From the NCBI GenBank assembly GCA_963809895.1, contig CAWELD010000010.1, positions 960,001 through 1,024,000 on the forward strand: a DNA stretch of 64,000 nucleotides, given 5' to 3'. Below are positions 57,636 through 64,000 of this stretch, piece after piece. The position numbers and the translations under genes are program-made. The notes beneath the pieces are model-generated. The model searched no databases, was not told where the DNA came from, and saw nothing but the letters and a program-made list of their open reading frames with translations. Source of the stretch: an uncultured Gemmatimonadales bacterium. Its GTDB lineage: Bacteria > Gemmatimonadota > Gemmatimonadetes > Longimicrobiales > Gaopeijiaceae. Numbering within the stretch: position 1 is the stretch's first letter; the number at the start of each line of letters is the position of its first letter.

Positions 57636-60600
57636 TCACCGGTCCGAGATGATGGGTGGCAGCGCACGGTCCCGGAGCACCGCGTTGAGCGCCGCCAGAT
57701 CGGTGGACAGGAGCGTCTGCATGTCGGTCGTCGCCTCCTGGAGCCGGCCCTGCAGGATGCCGTGCACCTCCACCTGCTGATCGGTGGGCGGGAAGTCCGA
57801 GCCGTTGGCCGACAGGTCGCTGGCCAGCGCGCTCAGCCGCCCGTAGAGGCGCATGGGGTTGCGGAAGGCGTCTTCCCGGGCGCCGCTGAGCGCCAGGTCG
57901 AAGAGCCGGCCCTCGACGTCCAGGAGCTTGGTGCGGAACTCGCCGGCGGCCGCCACGACCTCGTCGCCGTCGTCTTCGTCGGCGAAGCGTGCCTGCACGT
58001 CCTCGATCTGCTCCCGGATCCACTCGAGGCGGTTGATCATGGTAGCCGTGCGGTCCAACTCGTCGCGCATTTCCAGGAGCTCGTCCACCTGGGCGCGGAT
58101 GTCGGCCACGGTGCCCGACGAATCGGGATCCTTGAGCACGGTCAGGGTGGTCTCCCGGGTCTGGTCGCCCACCGTGAGCCGCACGGTGTAGTCGCCGGGC
58201 ACCGCCCTCGGGCCGACCTGACCTCCGGTGAGGTCCAGGTCCCAGGTGCGCAGCCGGCGGGTGCCGTCGGGTCCCATCTGGATCCAGGGCATCTCCGGGG
58301 GCGGCGTGCGCAGCTGCGGACGGGTGGGAGGCTCGTGGCGAAGGTCCCAGGTGAGGCGGTTCATGCCCGCCTGGGCCGGACCTCGAAGCGAGCGCACCAC
58401 GGTCCCCGAGGCGTCCAGGATCTCCACCGTGGCTCGCCCACCGCCGCCTCCCGCCATCCACCAGTCGAGGTCGGCGCCGTACGACGGGTTGCGTCCCTGT
58501 ACCTGGCTCGTGGCCGTGGAATAGCGGCCCGTGCGGTCGGCGAAGCGATAGGCGGGACGGGGATCGAAGAGATGGAGGTCTTCCGCCAGGGTGGGCGCGT
58601 CCAGAGCCCGGAGCGGGGTGATGTCGTCCATGACCCAGATTCCCCGTCCGTAGGTCGCCACCACCAGGTCGTTGAAGTGGGGCTGCACCGTGAGCCAGTA
58701 GACCGGCGCGTGGGGCATCCCTCCCTGCAGCGCGAACCAGTGGGCGCCGTCGTCCAGCGTGGCCCACACGCCGTTGTCGGTGCCCGCGAAGAGCATCCCT
58801 TCGCGCACGGGATCCTCGCGCACCACGTGCACGAAGCTGAACACGGAGCGCTCGATGCCGGCGTCGACCCGCTGCCACGACTCGCCGAAGTCGGTGGTCT
58901 TGTAGACGTAGGGCTGGAAGTCGGCGAGCTGGTGGCGATCGACGGCCGCGTAGGCGGTGCCGGCGGCGTAGTGTGAAGGCTCGATGTTGCTGAACTGCCC
59001 ATCGGGCGGAAGGCCCGCCAGGTTCGCCGACACGTTGGTCCAGCTCTCGCCCCCGTCGCGGGTCACGTGGATCTGGCCGTCGTTGCTCCCGGCCCAGATC
59101 ACCCCGGCCTGCACCGGCGACTCGGCGATGGCGTACAGCACCGAGCCGTCGAAGGTGTAGAGGTTGTCGACGGTCTTGCCGCCGGAATCCTGCTGGCGCG
59201 CCTCGTCGTCCAGCGTCAGGTCCGGCGAGATGATCTCCCAGCTCTGACCGCCGTCGTCGGTCCGGTGCACGTACTGCGATCCCACGAAGACCACCCCCGG
59301 ATCGTGGGGGGAGAGGGCGATGGGGAAGGTCCAGTGCCAGCGGAAGCGCACGTCCTTGGGCGTCCACCCGTAGCTGGCCTCGGGCCACACGCGCACGTTG
59401 CGCACGTGCCCCGTGGCCGGATCGTAGACCTCCAGCCCGCCGTCGTAGCATCCGGACCAGACGATGTTGCCGTGCACGGTGTCGGGTACGGCGAACCCGC
59501 TCTCGCAGCCCCCGACCCCGATCCAGTCCCCGTCGGAGATGCCGCCGGCGACGGTGTTGGACGGACCCTTGTAGGAGTATCCGTCCTGACGGTTGCCGTA
59601 CACGTTGTACGGGATCTCGTTGTCGGTGTGGACGTGGTACATCTGTGCGATGGGAAGCGCGATCCGCAGAAAGCTCTCTCCGTGGTCCAGGGTCAGGGTG
59701 GCACCGCCGTCGTCGGCCACCATGAAGCGCTTCGCGTTCGTGGGATCGATCCACACGTCGTGGGTGTCGCCGCCGCCCCGCGGGGGATCGCTCGCCAGCG
59801 TCTCCCCGCCGTCGCGGCTCATGCCGAAACGCACACTGGCGAAGTAGATCCGGTCCGGGTCGGACGGGTCCACGGCGATGCGGGTGTAGTAGCTCGCCCG
59901 CTCCGCCATGTCGTGGTTGCGGTTCACCAGTCGCCAGCGCCGCCCGCCATCGTCGGAGCGGTAGAGCGAGGGATGGTCGTCCTCGATGAGCGCGTACACC
60001 CGGTCCGGGTCCGAGGGCGCCACGGCCACGGATACCTTGCCTACCGCATGGTCCGCAGCCGGCAGGCCGCCGCCCAGCTTCGTCCAGGTGTCGCCGCCGT
60101 CGCGGCTCACGTACACGCCTCCGCCGGTTCCGCCGCTCCCCAGCTTCCAGGGCTTGATCTCCAGCGACCACATCCCCGCGAACAGCACGTCGGGGTCGTT
60201 GGGGTCGATGTCCAGGTCGGCGCAGCCCGTGTCCTCGTCCACGAACAGCACCTGCTCCCAGGTCTTGCCGCCGTCGGTGGTGCGGTAGACGCCTCGCTCC
60301 TGCTGGGGTCCGTAGGCGTGTCCCAGGGCACAGGCGAAGACGATGTCGTGGTTCCGCGGATGCACCTCGACCCGCCCGATGCGGCCGGTGAGCTCCAGCC
60401 CCATGTGCCGCCAGGTCCGTCCGGCGTCGGTGGACTTGTAGATGCCGTTGCCCATGGCCACCGCCGGGCGGATGAGGAAGGTCTCGCCGGTGCCGGCCCA
60501 CACCTCGTTGGGAGCGGTGGGCGCCAACGCCAGGCTCCCCACCGACTGCACGTCGAAGTCGTCGAAGACCGGGCGCCAGTCCACGCCGCCGTTCTCGGTC

Positions 60601-60815
60601 TTCCAGATGCCGCCCGAGGCCGCGCCCACGTAGGCCACGGCCGGGTTGCCGGGCTCACCCACCACGGCGATGGCGCGATTGCCCGATGGGCCCAGGTGAC
60701 GGAAGGAGAGCGCCGACAGCGTCGCCGGGTCCACGGACTGGGCTCTCGAGACCGTGGGGGGAACCGCCAGCAACAGCGCGGCGAGGAGGACGATGGAGCG
60801 ACACGAGCGATGCAC
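57636..60815 (-). CDS. Secreted BNR/Asp-box (sortilin/VPS10-like) glycosyl hydrolase-like protein
   Basis: Many S/T-x-D-G-G-x-x-W Asp boxes; signal peptide; LVVATYGRGIW motif. Confidence 0.88.
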   Translation of the reverse strand: MHRSCRSIVLLAALLLAVPPTVSRAQSVDPATLSALSFRHLGPSGNRAIAVVGEPGNPAVAYVGAASGGIWKTENGGVDWRPVFDDFDVQSVGSLALAPTAPNEVWAGTGETFLIRPAVAMGNGIYKSTDAGRTWRHMGLELTGRIGRVEVHPRNHDIVFACALGHAYGPQQERGVYRTTDGGKTWEQVLFVDEDTGCADLDIDPNDPDVLFAGMWSLEIKPWKLGSGGTGGGVYVSRDGGDTWTKLGGGLPAADHAVGKVSVAVAPSDPDRVYALIEDDHPSLYRSDDGGRRWRLVNRNHDMAERASYYTRIAVDPSDPDRIYFASVRFGMSRDGGETLASDPPRGGGDTHDVWIDPTNAKRFMVADDGGATLTLDHGESFLRIALPIAQMYHVHTDNEIPYNVYGNRQDGYSYKGPSNTVAGGISDGDWIGVGGCESGFAVPDTVHGNIVWSGCYDGGLEVYDPATGHVRNVRVWPEASYGWTPKDVRFRWHWTFPIALSPHDPGVVFVGSQYVHRTDDGGQSWEIISPDLTLDDEARQQDSGGKTVDNLYTFDGSVLYAIAESPVQAGVIWAGSNDGQIHVTRDGGESWTNVSANLAGLPPDGQFSNIEPSHYAAGTAYAAVDRHQLADFQPYVYKTTDFGESWQRVDAGIERSVFSFVHVVREDPVREGMLFAGTDNGVWATLDDGAHWFALQGGMPHAPVYWLTVQPHFNDLVVATYGRGIWVMDDITPLRALDAPTLAEDLHLFDPRPAYRFADRTGRYSTATSQVQGRNPSYGADLDWWMAGGGGGRATVEILDASGTVVRSLRGPAQAGMNRLTWDLRHEPPTRPQLRTPPPEMPWIQMGPDGTRRLRTWDLDLTGGQVGPRAVPGDYTVRLTVGDQTRETTLTVLKDPDSSGTVADIRAQVDELLEMRDELDRTATMINRLEWIREQIEDVQARFADEDDGDEVVAAAGEFRTKLLDVEGRLFDLALSGAREDAFRNPMRLYGRLSALASDLSANGSDFPPTDQQVEVHGILQGRLQEATTDMQTLLSTDLAALNAVLRDRALPPIISDR

Positions 60816-61042
60816 GGATGGATCTCCCGTCGAACGAGCTCTTGGATGAGGTGGCTGCTTCAGGGAGCCCAACATGAGCCCGCGCCGGCCTCCGGGCCAA
60901 CCCCGCGAAAAGCCTTGCGGAAAAATATAGTTCGATTTATACCTTGTGGCGTAAGGTTTATGGTGGTCGGCGGCGACCCTCCTTCGCCGACCGCGGGGCG
61001 CCAGGTATCGGGGCGCGGGGTGCGGAGGGGTGGAGAGCGACC

Positions 61043-63493
61043 ATGGGCACGGGACATCATCTGCGCGGGGCGGTCCGCAGGATCCTTCGCAATCCGGGAT
61101 ACGCCGCAGCGTTCGTCCTCACCCTGGGACTGGCCATCGGCGTGAACAGCGCCGTGTTCAGCGTCGTCCGAGGCGTGCTCCTGAAGCCGCTCCCCTTCGA
61201 TGAGGCGGACCGGATCCTGTACCTGCGCCAGCCGGTGGCGGCCGCGGGCGTGCCCAACGCCACGTTTTCCTTCCACGAGGTCGCCGACATCAGGTCGGGA
61301 GTCGAAGCCTTCGACGAGGTGGTGGAGTTCGGCGACTGGACCTTCAGCGTCGTGCCCGGAGGCGACGCCGAGCCCCATCGGGCGGTGGGCGGGCTCGTCA
61401 CGGCGAACTACTTCGAGGTATTGGGGATGCGAGCCGCGCTGGGCCGCACCCTCGTGCCCGACGACGAGCTCGACGGCGCCGAGCCGGTGGCGGTGCTGAC
61501 CGACGCCTACTGGACGCGGGTCTTCGGCGCGGATCCCCGGGTGCTGGGGCGGACGCTGGCCTTGAACGGAAAGCCAGCCCGGGTGGTCGGGGTGCTGGAG
61601 CCCGGAGTCCACTACACCGGCTCCCGGCGCCAGGACTTCTACGTCAACTACGCCACCAACGATCACTACCTCGGCGCCAGCATGCAGGACAGCCGGACGC
61701 ATCGCATGACCGACGTGTTCGCACGCCTCCGTCCCGGAGCCACGCTGGACGTGGCCCGGGCCGAGGCCGGATCGCTGATGGCCCGGCTGCACGACGAGTA
61801 TCCCGACGCCTATCCCGCCAACATGGGATACGACGTGGAGGTGACCCGCTGGCAGGACGAGCTCACCGCACGGGCGCGGCCGGTCTTCCTGCTCCTCATG
61901 GGGACGGTGGCCGCGGTGCTGCTGCTGGCGTGCGCCAACCTGGCCAACCTGACCCTCACCCGCCTGATCCGGCGCGAGGGGGAGCTCGCCACCCGCGGAG
62001 CGTTGGGGGCCACGCCCGAGGAGCTGCGTCGCGGGCTGGTGGCCGAGAACGTCGTGTTGGCCGTGGTGGGGGCCGTGCTGGGACTGGGGCTGGCGGTGGC
62101 GGGCCGGGGGGCGCTGGCCGCGTACGCCGCACGGTTCACGGTCCGCGCCGAGGAGATCGGCGTGGACGGGACGGTGTTCGGGGCCACCCTGGCGGTGGGC
62201 GTCGGCGTCGCCGTGCTGCTGGCGTTCCTGCCGGGCATGCCCGTGGCCCCCGGGGTCGCCGCCGCGTCGGCGTCTCGCACCACGGGCTCCCGCAGGCGCA
62301 AGCGCGCGCAGCGCGGGCTCGTGGTCGCCCAGCTGTCCCTGTCGTTCGCGCTGCTCGCCGGTGCCGGCCTGCTGGTGCGCAGCCTCCTCAACCTTCAATC
62401 CGTGGACCCGGGCTTCCGCACCCGCAACGTGCTCACGCTGCAGGCCTACCAGTCGTTCGCCACCGCCGGACCGGCCCTGTCCAACGACGAGCTCTTCCGT
62501 CAGGTCGAGCACCGCGTCATGGGCTTCCCGGGAGTCACCGCCGTGGGAGTGGCTTCCTTCGCTCCCCTCACCAATCCCATGGTGATGGCCTGGAACTTCA
62601 GGATCGAGGGCGGCGAGACGGCCGGCGGGACGGCCGAAGACGGCACCACGCGGGCGGTCTTCAACTCGGTCACGCCCGGATACTTCGACGCCCTGGGCAT
62701 CCGGCTCGTGCGCGGCCGGTTCCTCACCCGGAGCGACGACGCGGGGAGCGACACGGTGGCCGTGGTGAGCACGGCGTTCGCCGGCACCCACTTCGGTGAC
62801 GCCGACCCCGTGGGCCGGCGCGTGGCCTGGTCCTTCGACGGAGAGTCGTACGGTCCCTGGCACCGCATCGTCGGCGTGGTGGCCGACACGCGCCAGACCG
62901 GCCTGGGCGAGGACGCCGTGCCCATCGTCTACACGGCGGCGGAGCAGTCCGGATACGGTTACACGCTCGTGGCCGCCACCCGGGGCGATCCCGCACCGCT
63001 GGCCCGGGCCGTGGGCGACGCCATCCACGATCTCGATCCGTCCCGACCCGTGGACCGGATCCGCACCATGGACGACCTCATGGCCGAAGACGTGGCCCCC
63101 GCCAGGCTGAACGCCACGCTGTTCGGGGCTTTCGCCCTCCTGGCGCTGGCCATCGCGGCCGTGGGCGTGCTCGGCGTGCTGGCCTTCTCCGTGAGTCAGC
63201 GAACCAGGGAGTTCGGGTTGCGCATGGCCGTGGGCGCCGATCGGACCAGGGTGCTCATGGGGGTTCTGGGAGAGGGCGCGGCCCTGATCCTGGTCTCCCT
63301 GGTCCTGGGCGGGATGGCCGCCGCCTGGGGCGCCAGGCTCCTCGCCGGCCTTCTGTACGGCATCACCCCGCTGGACCCCGCGACCTTCGCCGCCGCGGCC
63401 GGAGCGCTGGCCGTGGTGGCGCTGGGGGCCTCGTTTCTTCCCGCGCGGCGCGCCACCCGCGTGGATCCCATCCAGGCGCTACGCGCCGACTGA
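61043..63493 (+). CDS. ADOP-family permease lacking the N-terminal prefix domain
   Basis: LGLAIGVNSAVFSVV, LACANLANL, RTREFGLRMAVGA and RVDPIQALRAD motifs. Confidence 0.92.
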   Translation: MGTGHHLRGAVRRILRNPGYAAAFVLTLGLAIGVNSAVFSVVRGVLLKPLPFDEADRILYLRQPVAAAGVPNATFSFHEVADIRSGVEAFDEVVEFGDWTFSVVPGGDAEPHRAVGGLVTANYFEVLGMRAALGRTLVPDDELDGAEPVAVLTDAYWTRVFGADPRVLGRTLALNGKPARVVGVLEPGVHYTGSRRQDFYVNYATNDHYLGASMQDSRTHRMTDVFARLRPGATLDVARAEAGSLMARLHDEYPDAYPANMGYDVEVTRWQDELTARARPVFLLLMGTVAAVLLLACANLANLTLTRLIRREGELATRGALGATPEELRRGLVAENVVLAVVGAVLGLGLAVAGRGALAAYAARFTVRAEEIGVDGTVFGATLAVGVGVAVLLAFLPGMPVAPGVAAASASRTTGSRRRKRAQRGLVVAQLSLSFALLAGAGLLVRSLLNLQSVDPGFRTRNVLTLQAYQSFATAGPALSNDELFRQVEHRVMGFPGVTAVGVASFAPLTNPMVMAWNFRIEGGETAGGTAEDGTTRAVFNSVTPGYFDALGIRLVRGRFLTRSDDAGSDTVAVVSTAFAGTHFGDADPVGRRVAWSFDGESYGPWHRIVGVVADTRQTGLGEDAVPIVYTAAEQSGYGYTLVAATRGDPAPLARAVGDAIHDLDPSRPVDRIRTMDDLMAEDVAPARLNATLFGAFALLALAIAAVGVLGVLAFSVSQRTREFGLRMAVGADRTRVLMGVLGEGAALILVSLVLGGMAAAWGARLLAGLLYGITPLDPATFAAAAGALAVVALGASFLPARRATRVDPIQALRAD

Positions 63494-63513
63494 GGAGCTG
63501 TCCGGGTACCGTC

Positions 63514-63870
63514 ATGAACCGATCCGTCGATGATTTCGCCCCGCTGAGCACGCCGGTCTTCCACATCCTGCTGGCGTTGGGCCGCGAGGCCCTGCACGGC
63601 TACGGCATCATGGAGGCCATCGAGGAGAAGACCGGGGGCAAAGCGGTCATCCTCCCGGGCACCCTGTACGCCACCATGAATCGCATGCTGGACGACGGCC
63701 TCATCGCCGAAGCCCCGCGTCCCGAGGGGGCCGACGCGCGGCGGAAATACTATCGGATCACGCCGTTGGGTGAACGCGTGGCGGCGGCGGAGTCGGAGCG
63801 GTTGAGGGTGCTCCTGGAGGTGGCCCGTAGCGAGAGGCTGACGCCCGACACGGTGGCGGACGAGGCGTAG
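63514..63870 (+). CDS. PadR-family regulator
   Basis: FHILLAL, HGYGIM, PGTLYATMNRM and RRKYYRIT motifs. Confidence 0.92.
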   Translation: MNRSVDDFAPLSTPVFHILLALGREALHGYGIMEAIEEKTGGKAVILPGTLYATMNRMLDDGLIAEAPRPEGADARRKYYRITPLGERVAAAESERLRVLLEVARSERLTPDTVADEA

Positions 63871-63876
63871 GGTATC

Positions 63877-64000
63877 ATGTCTTCCCTCCCGGAGCGGCTC
63901 TACCGCCTGTTGCTGCACGCCTATCCGTCGGAATTCCGGCGCCTGTACGCCGACGACATGACCGAGGCCTTCCTGGACCTGCGGCTCAGAGAGGCGTCCA
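63877..64000 (+). CDS. N-terminus of another ADOP permease (runs off the window)
   Basis: MSSLPERLYRLLLHAYPSEFRRLYADDM prefix directly after padR. Confidence 0.75.
   Translation, partial: MSSLPERLYRLLLHAYPSEFRRLYADDMTEAFLDLRLREAS

Noticed and set aside
1..64000. CRISPR arrays, tRNA/rRNA, prophage or anti-phage defence genes
   Set aside because: No regularly spaced repeats or recognisable motifs by eye; small ncRNAs could be missed without covariance searches

Overview
High-GC bacterial chromosomal window; the gene style (many PadR plus duplicated orphan ABC permease pairs, sortilin-like and EcxA-like secreted proteins) suggests Gemmatimonadota or an Acidobacteriota-like lineage (inference). 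It is mostly housekeeping and envelope genes: Rrf2-nirK, a GH57-based glycogen operon, a DtxR-FeoA fusion plus feoB with a DtxR-type box, a cytochrome c/YceI/beta-barrel triad, a SAM-I riboswitch-controlled hom-metX-metB operon, and five ADOP permeases with four PadR genes. The standout is a visibly lower-GC cassette of about 2.9 kb (48113-50958) bracketed by two apparently identical 459-bp internally deleted IS630 remnants and followed by an IS1182 element. It encodes an ECF sigma factor split at a G11 homopolymer (candidate phase-variation switch), then two paralogous secreted 7-cysteine small proteins flanking an NHL/six-bladed beta-propeller. Four genes carry short indel frameshifts, so assembly error is a real caveat. 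No rRNA, tRNA or CRISPR array was seen. All product calls come from motif recognition, not database searches.
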